Shown: piece by piece, positions 1-13,532 of the stretch
Position numbering within the stretch: position 1 is the first letter of the stretch
Layout of the letters: each line of letters opens with the position of its first letter
Assembly (NCBI GenBank): GCA_038496445.1
Contig: JALMLS010000143.1
Coordinates: 448,508-512,507 of the forward strand
Direction of reading: 5' to 3'
From: Trichosphaerium sp. ATCC 40318
Lineage: Eukaryota; Protista; Tubulinea
DNA: 64,000 nt
Notes under the pieces: model-generated
Told to the model about the DNA's origin: nothing
Seen by the model: the letters and a program-made list of their open reading frames with translations, nothing else
Databases searched by the model: none
Position numbers and translations under genes: made by a program

Positions 1-1472
1 CGGTAAAAAACAAAGGAAAATACTAAGCAATTCTAACAGCTATTTCTCAATTAGGACTATTGGAAAATCCGGTTGAAGGTATGAAGATTGACGACGGTGC
101 ACCGACTGGCCTTATTTACAAAGGATCTCCTGCAATAAATATGCTACAAGAGATTGTTAAACCAAAGTCTGACGAGAGACTTTTGAAAGAGTCTAAGGCA
201 GCTCTCAAAGAGCTGAATAGGGCTGGTATAGTTGAGATACATGATATAACCACACCAAAACAAACAGAGTTATTTATAAAGCTACAAGAGCAAGGAGAGT
301 TAACGTCAAGAATATGGATGCGATCTGATTTAGCACGAGCACAAGAGTTTTTGGACAAAGGAATAAAAATGGGTAAGCCAGACCACTTTTATTTTCAGTC
401 CACAAAATAAGCCTATGTCGCATTTCTACGATCTAGTGCGTCCTCTAACGTTCGTATTAATAAGGTACCCATCCGGTGACTGGTAGATACGATAGTTATT
501 TACGATACGGCGCCTACAAAGGTAAGAAAAAAATACGAAAAGCAGTGCTTACAAATAGCGTAGGTTATACTGATGGTATAATGGGCAGCTATGGTGCTTT
601 ATTCTTTCAACCATATACTGATAGGCCTGATTGGTATGGTCACTACAGAAAACACTCAAGCGATACTCCACCAGACTATCTTGTAGGCAACATGACTAAA
701 CTTCTCGAGTTGCTTAAAGTAGCACATGTTGGTGGGTTTAAAGCAAATGTTCACGCTATTGGAACAAAAGGTGTCGCTGAAACCTTGGACGTACTAGAAG
801 AGTTACAAAGACTTATTGGGCCGGAATTTGAAGGTTATAGGATGATACATGCGCAGGTAAAAACCTAAACTCACCAAATATTCAGTGTGTTACTTTAGGT
901 TCTCAGACAAGAGGACTTTGATCGATTTAAAAATCTTAAACTTACAGCTGAGATAAATCCCTATCATGTTTATGATGATATGAGATGGATGGAAGAACGT
1001 ATTGGATATGAAAGGTGTAAAGGCGCTTATGCTTTCCGGTCACTTGAGAAAGGAGGTGCAAAGTTGATATTCGGATCAGATTGGCCAGGTACAGCTAATG
1101 CGTATTATGGTGTACAACCGGGCCTGTTATTGCACTCGGCTGTTAACAGAGTAAACTCAGATTTTGAGCCAATTGGAGGTATGAGCTTAATCACGTGATG
1201 GAATAATGATATCAATATTAGGTTGGTTTCCTGAACAAAAATTAACGATTGAGGAGTCTCTAAGAGCTTATACTATAAACGCAGCTGAGGGGACGTTCGA
1301 AGGGGATATAAAAGGATCTATTAAAGTAGGAAAACTAGCTGATATAACAGTATTTGACGTTAATCCTTTCGAACTGGAAGATACGAACGATTTACTAAAG
1401 ATCAAAGTACTCATGACTATGGTGGATGGTAACATAGTCTTCAATGAAGTCAAGATATTACCATCAGAATAA
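1..1472 (+). CDS. Amidohydrolase 3 (YtcJ-like) metal-dependent hydrolase, 5'-partial, multi-exon
   Basis: Exons encode DG..GSYGA, NVHAIG, RMIHAQ, LIFGSDWP and YTINAAEGTFEGDIKGSIKVGKLADITV, all typical YtcJ/Amidohydro_3 motifs. Short GT-AG introns; stop at 1472. Confidence 0.85.
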
Positions 1473-1846
1473 TAACTTCTTAGTACTGCACAGTAAATAA
1501 AAAGCCCACCTACTAAACCCAAAATGTTAAATGGAAATTGTGTGAGTTTTCTACATTATACGCAACATCACGTGCTTGGATTTACTGTTCTACTTTATGA
1601 AAATTTTTGTGTTTATATCAAGGTAGTTGCTAACTCAACACTCAACATAACCAGAACTAGGGATGTTCAGATAATCATGCTCGTTTAAAGGAAGTGTTTT
1701 CTTTTTTCAGAACGCTGTCTTTATTGCTCTAACGCACGTCGTATTTCAGTATCTTACTGGCACTCTATTACTCGAGTGCTTTTGCGCAAGTCAACTTAAG
1801 TTAGCGCTTAACGTTGATATTTCTTTGTACTTTTACTAAATTCTGA

Positions 1847-4345
1847 ATGGCAACACTTCGAGACGTTATAGTTTCTAACCTAAAGGATAACGGCGATAAA
1901 AAAGCTGTAGTTATTCCTGATGGAGGTCCTTCATTGAGCTACAAGTCGTTTTCAGAAGAGGTGACGCGCTTGAGAGACGTATTCGTTGCTGGTACGCGTA
2001 TTAGAACCTTTTTAGGAACTTATAACAATTAGGTGGATTAAAACCACAAGAAGTAGTGTCTATCGTCATTTCCAACAATATGGAGTACTTGACAACATTC
2101 TTCGCAGTGACATGGGCACGAGGTACAAAATAATTTAAAGAAAGTCACTAAATACGCCGAAACGCGTAGTTAACACTTTATCTGTAATTTTCAAGCCTTT
2201 CAAAACGTTCGTTGACGTTTTCACTCTAAACTGTCCGAATTAACCTAATCCTCCCTTTATAGGCATATCTAACCCTCTAAACCCAAAATACCGCGTTGAT
2301 GAATTTTCTTTCTACATGGAGGATGTAAAAACAAAGATTCTCCTTCTACCTAAGGGATCACCAGAAGATCATCCTGCAAGGTAAATACTAATAACGAATT
2401 CCTTTTCTGACTTCCGAAAACAAACAAAAAACAAAATTCTGCTTTTTTCGCTAAGGAAGCTGTTTTGAAGCGTGAAGCACACGTACAACACTTTATTTGT
2501 TGTTCTTTTTTCTCACCATACTACTTAGGGAAGCCGCTAAAAAATTGAGCGTTGCTGTATGGGAAGTAAGCCTTGAAGATGGAAAAGTACAATTACACCC
2601 TTCTGAAGCATTAGGCACTGCAAAGCACGATGAAGTACCAAAACCAGGTTAGCTTTTTTTGATGTTTTTTCTTTTTTCGGCGTGGCTGTGTTGACACTCA
2701 CTTAATTCTGTGTTTAGAGGATATTGCAATGTTTCTACATACTAGTGGTACAACTAGTAAGCCAAAAGGAGTACCATTGAGACATGTTAATATAACAACA
2801 ACATTGAAGAATATTGTCAGTACGTAAAAAAAAACCTGTTTGTATATTTAATTAATTTCTGTTGTAGATACGTACACTTTGACGCCTAAAGATACTTCCC
2901 TCATTGTTATGCCTCTATTCCACGTACACGGACTAATTGGAGCCACATTATCTACGCTCTTATCTGGCGGTACAGTACGTAATATCTTGTCAATTTTTTC
3001 TTCTATCTAGCGCCACCTTAAAACTGAAAAAACAGCCCTTCACGACAATTTTGAGCTTTTTCCTATTATAAAAGCCGAGTTATAACATCTGTATACATTC
3101 TAAGAGTACCTGTTTTAGGTTGTGATCCCTCCAAAGTTCTCAGCATCAAACTTTTGGAGATTGGTAAAAGAAAACAATGTTTCATGGTATTCGGCTGTAT
3201 CGACTATTCACCAAATCCTTCTATCAAGAGCTGATTCCGACAAAGCACCTACAGGCGTTTTAAGGTTCATCAGGTGCGTATTTACTAGAAAAGAAAAAAA
3301 AAACCCACACATTTTGTTTCATGTAGATTTTGAAGTCTCATGTGATTGTTTAGGTCTTGCAGTGCTTCACTTGCTCCTGTTGTCATTGAAGGTATTGTAA
3401 AGAGATTTGGCGCACCTGTCTGCGAAGCATACGGTATGACTGAAGCAGCTCATCAAATGTCTTCAAACCCAATCGGAAAAGCAAAGGTAATTTGTTTTTC
3501 GGTCTTGAGTTTTACATCCCAATTAATTTTCGACAAATTCTAACTCGTTCAATAGCCTGGAAGTGTTGGTTTACCTACAAATGTAGAAATAGCTATCATG
3601 GACACAGAAACAGAGGAGAAGAAACCACAAGGTAAGACTATCACGAGTCAAAAAAGAATAAAACAGTTTTCTCACAATATTCTTAGGTGAAAAAGGTGAA
3701 ATTTGCATCAGAGGCAAAAACGTTACATGGGGGTAAGTGTATCGCACTCCTGTCTTACTGTTTATACTGACTATTAAATAGATACCATAATCGCCCAGAA
3801 GCAAATGAAGCATGCTTCACAGAAAACAAGTGGTTCAGAACTGGAGACCAAGTACGATTATTGTTTTAGTGCTTGCTGCTTATGATGCTCTTTCGCAGGG
3901 ATTTTTGGATGAAGAAGGTTACCTTACCCTCACTGGTCGTTTGAAGGAGCTTATTAACAGAGGAGGAGAAAAGATATCTCCTATTGAGCTCGATAGCGTT
4001 CTATTGGTAAGTGTTGAAGATAGTAACTTTCCTTTTTACATTTGTCTCTTTGCTCTTTTAGTTTTACAGTCTTTTAACATGTTGTAGGCACACCCAAAGG
4101 TTGGTGATGCTGTAGCTTTCGCTATTCCTGATGAGAAATACGGAGAAGAAGTTGCATGTGCTGTTATTCCTAAAGAAAACGAAACAGTTACTGTTGAAGA
4201 AATCCAAAACTACATCAGGGAGAAACTTGTTGATTTCAAAGTACCAAAGCGCGTATTTGTTACTGATGGATTCCCACGTACTGCTACTGGTAAAATTCAA
4301 AGACGTGTTGTTCGTGAGTTCTTCCTCAGCAAGGATAAAAAGTAA
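1847..4345 (+). CDS. Oxalate-CoA ligase / acyl-activating enzyme (AAE3/PCS60-like), multi-exon
   Basis: AMP-binding [73 protein letters not shown] and [10 protein letters not shown]. Confidence 0.88.
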
Positions 4346-4564
4346 TTGAAAAACAAAAAACAAAAAAAAGAATAAACTGAGAAAACAACAAATTTATTGC
4401 TAATGGCGTATGCTTGAGTTGTTCACGTTAAATATTTGTTTATAAAACAAGCAACTACAACGGCATAGTTATGTTACGTATTTAGCTTGGAGGATACCAC
4501 CATTACAACCCAGTTGTCAAGATGTTTTCAAATTTAGCTTTTTGAAAGACATTTTAGTTTTGTC

Positions 4565-5623
4565 TTAGATTGGTTCTCCTGAATTCCACTTCTTGTATGC
4601 ATTACGTATTCTGCCATAACAACACTCGTAGTGGCAAGATAGCTGTCCATTTTCACGCCACTCTTTGTATTCACCATGTATTTCATTGTCGACATAGAAA
4701 GTCTTTGTTTCAAGATGTCCATTCTCATACCACTTTTTATACTCACCAATTCTTTTGTCATCAACATACATACACATTTCATCAAGCTGTCCATTTTTGT
4801 ACCAACGCTTAAGCTCACCATTCTTTTTACCGTTAGTAAAGTTACATTGCCAGTTAATTTGACCATTCTTAAACCACCTCTTACAGACACCATGCCGTTT
4901 ATCATCAACAAACATGTGATGTATACTCATTTGACCATCCTTTTCCCATGCCTTGTACTCTCCACTTTTCTTGCCATTGATGTAGACAACATGTACACAT
5001 AAAAGACCATTCGTATGCCACTCTTTAAACTCACCATTCTTAACACCATTAGAATAAAAGTAGTGTTGGGAAATTTGACCATCCTCTAACCAATGCTTAA
5101 ACTCTCCATTCCTTTTGTCATCAATATATGCTGCCTGTATATCTATTTGTCCGCTGTTGTACCACACCTTATACTCTCCTTCAAGCCTGCCGTTCACGTG
5201 ATAGCAATGCTTCCGCAATTTACCATTAGCGTGCCATGCCTTGTACTCTCCTTCTCGTTTACCATCAAAATAAAAACCATTCGTTTCCATTTGAGCATTG
5301 TAATACCACTTCCAGTATTCCCCTTCTTTCTTGTTGTTGACGTAATTTTGATGCCTTTTTTTAACACCCATATGCCAGTCTTTACACACTCCTTCAACTT
5401 TACCATTTACATAGTCGCAGTGTCTAATGAATGGGATCAGTGAATCCCTATCATTGTATCGTTTCTTCCATTTGCCGTGTTTCTCAAAGTTGCCATCAAA
5501 CCTTGATGACATTGCAGTGTACTTTGATAAGAGAGGCCACATGACATACAACCTAAAGTCTAAATCAGTGACACAAAGATGTAGCTCAACAGGAAGCCGT
5601 AATAAACGGCATATCTCATCCAT
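4565..5623 (-). CDS. Intronless MORN-variant (MORN_2/YwqK-like) repeat protein with N-terminal F-box-like motif
   Basis: 352-aa uninterrupted ORF with ~11 repeats of YxNGKKEGEYKxWYxNGQL; N-terminus MDEICRLLRLPVELHL. Confidence 0.85.
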   Translation of the reverse strand: MDEICRLLRLPVELHLCVTDLDFRLYVMWPLLSKYTAMSSRFDGNFEKHGKWKKRYNDRDSLIPFIRHCDYVNGKVEGVCKDWHMGVKKRHQNYVNNKKEGEYWKWYYNAQMETNGFYFDGKREGEYKAWHANGKLRKHCYHVNGRLEGEYKVWYNSGQIDIQAAYIDDKRNGEFKHWLEDGQISQHYFYSNGVKNGEFKEWHTNGLLCVHVVYINGKKSGEYKAWEKDGQMSIHHMFVDDKRHGVCKRWFKNGQINWQCNFTNGKKNGELKRWYKNGQLDEMCMYVDDKRIGEYKKWYENGHLETKTFYVDNEIHGEYKEWRENGQLSCHYECCYGRIRNAYKKWNSGEPI

Positions 5624-6478
5624 TTTAGTAATATTTATCTACGTAAATAAATTATTACAATAACTGAAACAAATCTTGTGCTGATCTCAATTTTGTTTAT
5701 GCTGGTGAGAGCGGATAGAAAAATACTAACAGCGAATAACGTTTTATTCTTAGGCGGTTAAAAATGGTAAATAAATAAAACGCACGTGATAGATTTTTCA
5801 GATGTCTAAATGTTAGACCAAGGATCCCTAGTCGTTACACCTACGAAAATAGAATACCACGAGTTTTCTACGTTAGGTCAACGGTTTTAAAAAAACCATC
5901 ACTGCTAATTTTTTTTCCATGTTTTGAAAAAGTACCAATTTCTATTGTCAAGGTGTTCTTGGCAGCCATAGTATGCTTTTTAGGTTTTTTCATCTCAACA
6001 GCCTTGATATTGCTTTGTAAGTTGCAACTTGACTACAGTCGAAAAAAATCAGCTAAATTTGCCAGGAAGCAACGAAGATAATAGCACTATAAAATCGAAT
6101 ATATTACCCTCCCAGTTGAGATCAATCTTGATATAAGTAGGTGTCATGACGCCCTTTTTATTCTTGTATGCTTATTCTGCTTGCAGAGCAACCCTGTTGT
6201 TCATCAAGTAATCTAGTGTCTAGGTTGCGTATCTTAGTCTATTTTGCTGACAAAATCAGTATCACGTGCTCTGTTTACAAGTAAAACAACTTCCAACTAC
6301 TGTCACGAAATATCGTCATCTCTAACAATAGAATGTGTTGCCTCTCACGTTCATTTTTCAGTTCGGTTTTCTATTCTCAGATTAGTTTACCACAAATTAC
6401 GTGAATACCTTTTTTGTCGAAAATCGTATCGTTATTAGGCAAATACAAAAATAATACTTACAATACAGCAACAATACA

Positions 6479-8329
6479 ATGCAAAATATATCAGCGGACT
6501 CTTTAGCACAAAAAGGCAAAGAATTAAGCCAAACAGAAACAACAGTAACAAAACCTGATGGGAGCCAGCACACAGGTAATATAGCGCCCCGCATAGGTTT
6601 TGCAAGGCGTTTTAACACTTTTACAGAGAAACGCGGTAAACAAACAGAAAAAGGAAGCGAAACCACGACTTGTACGCTGACGAGTACAGACGCCTCATAA
6701 AACGCTAAAATAAAACATAGATGTAAGAAAAGTAAAGAAAAAGGAGTGGGAAGACGAACCAGACGTGCTCAGTAAGAAACTTAAAAAACTGGAGGTACAA
6801 ACAATCAAAAACAATAGCGTTCAGATTCGGAAAACGCTAAAAATACAACATCCTTTTGATCAAAATAATTATTCTCAAACACTCTTAGGCACTTGCTCAT
6901 TCGGCTTCCAATATTGTTTTTTACACTGGCGCTGGTGTAAGCACTTCTGCAGGAGTACCGGACTTCAGGGTATGTTGTATTAGGGATTTAGAGAGACGCT
7001 AAAAGTAGCAATAGGGAGACAAGGGACTTAGAAAAAGAGGTCTTCTTGGTTTACGAGAAGAGGATTTAGATAGTACGTTTTAGATTCTGTTTTTCTGTCT
7101 TCTGGCTCACGTGTGTTAGCTACTATGCCAACAATATCTCACGTGATTATTCAACACTTCTTGGACAAGGGTATTGCTAAAGCTATTGTCACCTCAAACC
7201 ACGACAACATGCATCGCAAAGCAGGTACACAGAACTTTCAGTAGCAGTCTTTGTTTTCGTTTATTTGGTTTTTTACATTGGTCTGTACTCACTTGTACTA
7301 AGGTGCACCTGATAACAAGCTAGCAGAACTCTTTGGAAATGCGTAAGTGAAGTTTGTTAAAGAGTTACTCATGCTGATACTTTCAGATACATCGAAAAAT
7401 GTCTTAAATGTAAAAAAATGTTTCAACGTAAAGTGATTGTTCCTCATCTCGGAAGAACATGTGAGGAGTGCTCTGGTAGATTAGTAAAGACAGGTAACAT
7501 TCCTTTTGGTATGTCACAAGTATTAACAAGTAATTATAGGAGTACGCTATGGGCAAGCAACGCCAGAGGAACCGCTTGAGCTAGCTTGTAAGTTCACAAA
7601 AAAAGCTGACTTGGCTATTGTTCTTGGAAGCTCTATGAGAGTACGTCACGTGATTTTTGTCTTTCCCTAAATGAGGGTACAATACTTACCTGTTTCTTTT
7701 GTAGACAGGACCTTTTTGTAACCTACCACCTAAAGCAAAGAAAATGGTTATTGTTAACTTACAACCTACACCTTATGATTCTAAAGCTACCATTAAAATT
7801 AACGCTCCTTGTGATAAAGTTATGACATACCTCGCAAATACTTTTAAGATAAATCCAACAGAGTTCACATATGAACAAGAGTTCCAGCTCGAGTACAAAA
7901 AGTCTGATGATAACGTAGATTACACTGGTATGTATTTATTGTAGTATATAACTCAAGCTTTGATGGTTTGTTATTAACTATATTTTACAGTTAAGAGTAC
8001 AAGGACAAATGAACCTGTCACATGTATAGATGATGTAACGATTGACGGTAGTTACATGCAGGTAAGCTCTATACTTTGGACTTTTCAGGTATTAATTTTG
8101 TTGACAGGAAACACAAAAAAATGATTTGGTGTTAACAAAACCAATGAAAGACTCAATCAACATTGTATTCAATTTTAAAGAGGTATGCCAATACAATTAA
8201 AGGTTTTCTATAAATCATAAGTATTAATCTCTGTAGGACTATAACGTGGACCCTCTAAAAATGACATTATCTCTTGATAAAAAATCAGATGTTTTAAAAC
8301 TCAAGATGACAAAGACTATACAACTGTAA
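6479..8329 (+). CDS. NAD-dependent deacylase, class IV sirtuin (SIRT6/SIRT7-like), multi-exon
   Basis: Spliced EWEDEPDVLSKKLKKLEALAHSASNIVFYTGAGVSTSAGVPDFRG, IVTSNHDNMHRKAG, AELFGN, CxxC...CxxC, DLAIVLGSSM and VIVNLQPTPYD. Confidence 0.85.
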
Positions 8330-8684
8330 TATAGACGCTCCAACAATTCAATTTATACACCAGAAAAATTGTAACTTTTATTGCACTACAAGTGCCCCAT
8401 GTGTTAGCTTGGCTGCAAAATAAATAGGCCTAGCAAACAATTGTTTCAGTAATTTTTTTTTTTTTAAATAGTGGGTTGCAAACCAACACATGCCAGTAAG
8501 CTAACTACCTTGACAGCAAAGGAACTTGATAAACTTTAAAAAAAAAGACAAATTTTTTTTATTTTGCTTTTACCATACACGTGTGTCTTTAATTCATTTT
8601 TTTTTCTTGTTTTGGGGGTTTTTGTTTAACATTCTTTTTTTTTCTTTTTTTTTTGAAAACAAGCGGTTTTTTTTTGGATTTGTT

Positions 8685-11600
8685 TTATATTTTAAAGTCT
8701 ACCAAGTCCCATATTTTATGCCACAGTGTAGTTAACTTCTTCTCTGGAGGTGGATCATATGCTTTAAGCTTATGATCAACACCATTAGAGGTAGTACCAG
8801 ATACTTTTGTCTTCAATGTTTGTTCAGGTGATGCTGCCTTGTATGAGTATTTTTTAGTCAATGCAACCTCTTCTGGTTCATCTGTTTGGTACTCTTCTGA
8901 AATAATACGATCCTTATAATCCATTCTACAAAAGATTATGAGTTACAGCTTACCAGACAACAAAAATTAAAAACAAACAAATGAATGGCGTAAAAAAGGT
9001 TTTTTTTTTCTTTGTTGAAAATCAAAAATGATTCATGTTCACGTACTCTTTGAACATTTTGGTCATTACTTCAAGTACCAAGTGTCTTAGATGAGAACGT
9101 GTTTCACGAAGCTCAGACATAATACGCCATGCGGTATTAAGAGTTAGAAGAGTGGACATTGTCTTTAGTACAAAGCTTCCTTCTTCAAAAGCACGAACAC
9201 TGTAAAAAAATAAGCGTCAGAGGGATAAAAACAACTAGGTCGTACCCAAAGTAAGATACGAAAGGCAAAGAGCAGAAGAAACCGACACCAACGAAGAAAC
9301 CGTAGAAATACATAATAATGACAGTGTAAAGTGCGTAGAGCGAAGGTACAACAACCAATCCAATTACAAGCTAAGATGAAGTGTGAGTTGAGGTTGTTTA
9401 ATTATTTGTAATAATAAAGAACCTTTTGAGATGCTAATACATCAAGACCCTTTATCTTTACTGTTGACTTGTTCAATGCTTCAATTTGCTACAAACAAAG
9501 AGTCAGAAAAGTTACGCAAAATAGTAGCCAACTGTGTTGGTTTGTGGCTAAAATTTTGATGGCACGTGTGTTCGATGGTACGGTTATAAAGATACTCAAA
9601 AAAGATATTCGAGTATATTTGGCCGTATTTCTCTCTTGTTAAGTTTAAACAAGCCACAAAATGATGACGTCATCATTGACGCTTGTTGAAGGACAAAACA
9701 AAAGAAATGCCAACCATGTCGCGGGTTTTTTTACCTTTTTCTTTGAGAGGTAACGGACGATTAATCCAGCAGGTGCGTTGATTAGGATAGAAGGGAATGA
9801 TAGTATAGCGGCTAATACAACCAAAATAAATCTTGTTACAGTCAACTTCATGAAAGTAAAAATGCCAATCTCTGGGTAAGCAACCTTAGAAAAAAAAGTT
9901 AGTAGAGCCAGAAAAAAAATCATTGTCTTGGACACCACGTGTTCAAGTGATAAAAACCACGCACGTGATGGTCTGTAAGTCCATATCTCTTTAGTTTACT
10001 GATGTAATCTCTAATTTCTTTGATAGGCTCTTGGAACTCTGGTTTATCGTTGAAACGCTTCCATCCCTCTGAAAGAAAAAAAGTTAAGAAAAAGTTGACA
10101 AAAAAAAACAAACTTTTCTCTTTAATGACTGTACCTGATAGACGTCTACGTAATGCCATAAATTCTTTTGGAGATAGTACGTAGTTTACAGGTTGGTATA
10201 GACGTCTTAGAATGTGTACGACTTCGAAAGATTCGAAGTCAGGCATGTTTACTGTTACCTATAAAAAAAAGTAAGAAAAAAAAATGTAACGGTCAATAAG
10301 TGATAGTTGTTTTTATGATACCACTGAGATTTTGAAAAATAGAACTGCGGTATGGGTGATGGTATTAAATATACGTACCTTTTCCAAGCCTTCCTTGATT
10401 GATGAAAGAAATTCATCGCCTGTAATAAAGTGTCAAATGTTGGTATCGAAAAGTTTAATTAATTTGAGCATCGTACCCGCTTTGTACTTATTCGCTGATA
10501 CACCTGTTTTATATAGATCGAGTAGGTGTGGTGGTATGCTCAGTGGAGTACCAAACTCTACGACTACACGACCGCTTAAAGACATGTGAGAAGACAACAC
10601 ATAAATTGTGAACAGATACCAAATCTTTAAAATTAACGCTTTTTGAATGCGTACCGAAATTTGTGGCCTTTAAAGTACGTTAATCCCACTGGCACAATAC
10701 GTACATTTGTATTGTAGTTAACAGCAGCATCCTAAACTTTCGATTAAAACAGGAATAACGGAGGAAAAAAACGAATCAAACAAAAAAGTTTCACGTCAAC
10801 TTTAAACCAAAAATAAAATTTCGCGAAATAGCGTACAAAAGCTATCCTAGATACACCGGCTTTGAAAGGAAGTAATTCTGGTCTATCATGGGACCCACCC
10901 TCAGGGAATATACCGACACTAGAGACAAAAAAAAATAAGAAAAAAGAAGAAAAAAAGACGTTGTGAAAAAAACAAAAAATCAATCAATTTTCATTTTTTG
11001 CGTTATAGCGTTTATCACGTGCCAGTGACCTTCTTTCAAACGATTACAAACTTCTTCAAAAGTTTTTGAGTGGTCAAGTTTAGGGTACACCTACAAGTAC
11101 AACGTGAGTTTCGTATGAACACGTCAACATGTGTTAAAAAACGAAAAAAAAACTTCAAACAAAAAGGATTGCTAACAGCACCTTAAACGCGAAATTAGCC
11201 ATTTCAGTATCCCAGGTACCCTTAATAACGATCTCTGTATCAGATAAGACCTATTGTAACATTAGCAAACAAGAAATAACGCCCAACCAACAATTTCGAG
11301 CAAAAAAAAAAAACCCACAAAAACACCTCATACCTCTACCACACGTATTGGTTTGAATGATCCTTTGTAATTTTTATCGTTTTTCGGTTTTGTAGGACAG
11401 ATTGCATCGCCAACGTTTACTTGCTTCAAAAACTGTGTGCCAGTACCTGTTACCTTTACTCCTGATACCTCAATAGTACCAACGCCCTTGACAAAAAGTG
11501 TAAACGTAAATAGAGTTGAGTTTTTTTCTTTTTAGTACAGCTTTTGCGACGTCTTTAGGCCTCGTTACTGGTATACTGTTTACTGCGCGAGCAAACCAAC

Positions 11601-11977
11601 CCACAATAGCGCGTTTCATAGACCTGAAGGCGTAAACGTCAACTTTAGCTGTTAAACTCGTACGAAGCAGCAATCATGAATCCAGGCTTCCTTGGTGCCT
11701 TTGTAATGAGTAGAAGTGCATCCTTGGCTTTTGTTAGTATTTTTTGTACTGAAGGTAGCCAAGTCCTCTATTCCGTACCACGAACTGATTTTGATGGTTT
11801 CCTAGCGTCCAAAGGGTAAGAAAAACGAGAAATAGTTTACTTGAACGTGCCGACAAATATCAAAGGCCCATCAGTAGGCACTTCAGAAGCGCCTACAATC
11901 TCTATACTACGAAAGAAGATGTGCAACAACATATCCAGGAAGCCATAGACCATCTGAACAAGTATCCCGTCCAACAT
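8685..11977 (-). CDS. Glycerol-3-phosphate/DHAP O-acyltransferase (SCT1/GPT2-like), multi-exon
   Basis: Spliced IFVGNHQNQFVD (HxxxxD), IPVTRPKD, GIFPEGGSHDRPELLPFKAG, IVPVGL.YFKGHKF and C-terminal TM helices. Confidence 0.88.
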
Positions 11978-12191
11978 TATTGCGTGTGACGTTCAAGGTG
12001 CAATGACCGTTCCCGTATTCTAAAATAACTTACAGAACTTGGTCTTTGACTTTTTTCGTACCACCTGTACTGTTTTTTTTGGTTTTATTTGCAGCTCTCG
12101 CATGCTCCTATAGCGCTAAAACCCCTACATTTTTGATAGAAACCATTTAGCAATAATACCGCCAACGGCATTTTCAATTTGGTAAAACAAT

Positions 12192-12921
12192 ATGAGTGAA
12201 GGTGCGGCACCAAAGACGCTATTTAAGAAACGAAAGCCTAAAAAGCGGAAGCTTCGAGAAAGAAGGCAAACAGATGGAGACGACGATGAGCCTCAAGATA
12301 TACAGTATGTTACTCAAACGCCTACCAGCATTCTCTTTGCTATTTTTTGCAAACTATCGAAGTCTCCGTGTCATTTCGCTCAAAAAAGCGTGTGCTAATC
12401 CCCACCGCGTAGAGCGCTCGTAGAAGAAACAAAATTAGTCCAACAAGTGAGACAACGTGCAAAGGTACACCACACTTTCCCAAATCACATAAAAACGCAT
12501 AAAATCATCAAAACTACGCTCAATAACTCAATGGCACTAATAAAAAAAAATAAAACAGGGTACTAACTTCAACGAAACTCAAAAAACGGATGAAGAACAG
12601 ATAAATAATAAACCACTCCATCAATTTACATCTTTACTTCCAGGCGCAAATATGCCTGCAGCACTGGAATCAAAAATGTACGTACTAGCTAGCTGCAATA
12701 ACATTGTTGCTGTGAGTTGTAGTAGCGAGAATGTAGAATGCTGACACGTGTTTGATAGGAATGAGTATATCGAAACTGAAATACAAAAAAAGAGAAGAAA
12801 AACAGAAGACGGGTATGTAGAAGTGGGTGATGCAAAAGTAGAAGATAGTACTGTAGATAATAATAATGATGAACAAAATGTGACTGGTGATGGGGTACAG
12901 GAAAAAGAAAAAAGCTCGTAA
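12192..12921 (+). CDS. TLS1/C9orf78 (Hep59)-like protein, apparently short
   Basis: LFKKRK..KRKLRER, EETKLVQQVRQRAKG and KMNEYIETEIQKKRR resemble C9orf78 (MMKYIETELKKRK); 3 introns; stop at 12921. Confidence 0.6.
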
Positions 12922-13532
12922 CTTGAGAACTAAAATTGTAAAGAACATTGTAAAAAAAAAAAGAAAAAAGTGTTTGCACGAAACGAGTTCTCAATTTCAT
13001 GTACTGACAAGAAGCTCTGCTTTCTTATGCTCAAAGTTCTGTTAAGATACTTTCTTTTCTTAAAAAGCAAATTGTCGTATCTAATAGTGCATCTTTTTTT
13101 TTGTCGATTTTAACAACAACCTTTTGCAACAACACTATGATGGCTTACTTGGAATTGCAAAACCAGTGCTTGTATTTTTAAAAGGCAATCTGTTGCTTAA
13201 ATCTCTAAATATTTGATTTACAATCAAGTGGTGCCAGAGAAACACTCTTGATAGCATCTGATCGGCTTATTTTCAACTTGGAAACAATGAACACTGGTTG
13301 TAAGTATAGAACGCCTGTGATGGCATACTACAAAGCAATAATCAAATGGTGTCAGAGTAGTAACACTCCTGAAATCCAATTGCATCCAAGTCTTTGAGGT
13401 GCCAACATCCAATAAGCTCAACTGACTTGAGAGATTTTAAGTACTTCATCAATATCATTACAAGTCAAAGATGTTCACTTGCGGCATGAGAAATTTAAGC
13501 TTGTTCATCTTTATATCTCCAAGGGCAGCTCT

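Noticed and set aside
7682-7692. ATACTTACCTG, resembling the U1 snRNA 5' end
   Set aside because: It lies at the 3' end of a sirtuin intron and no U1 stem-loops or Sm site follow.
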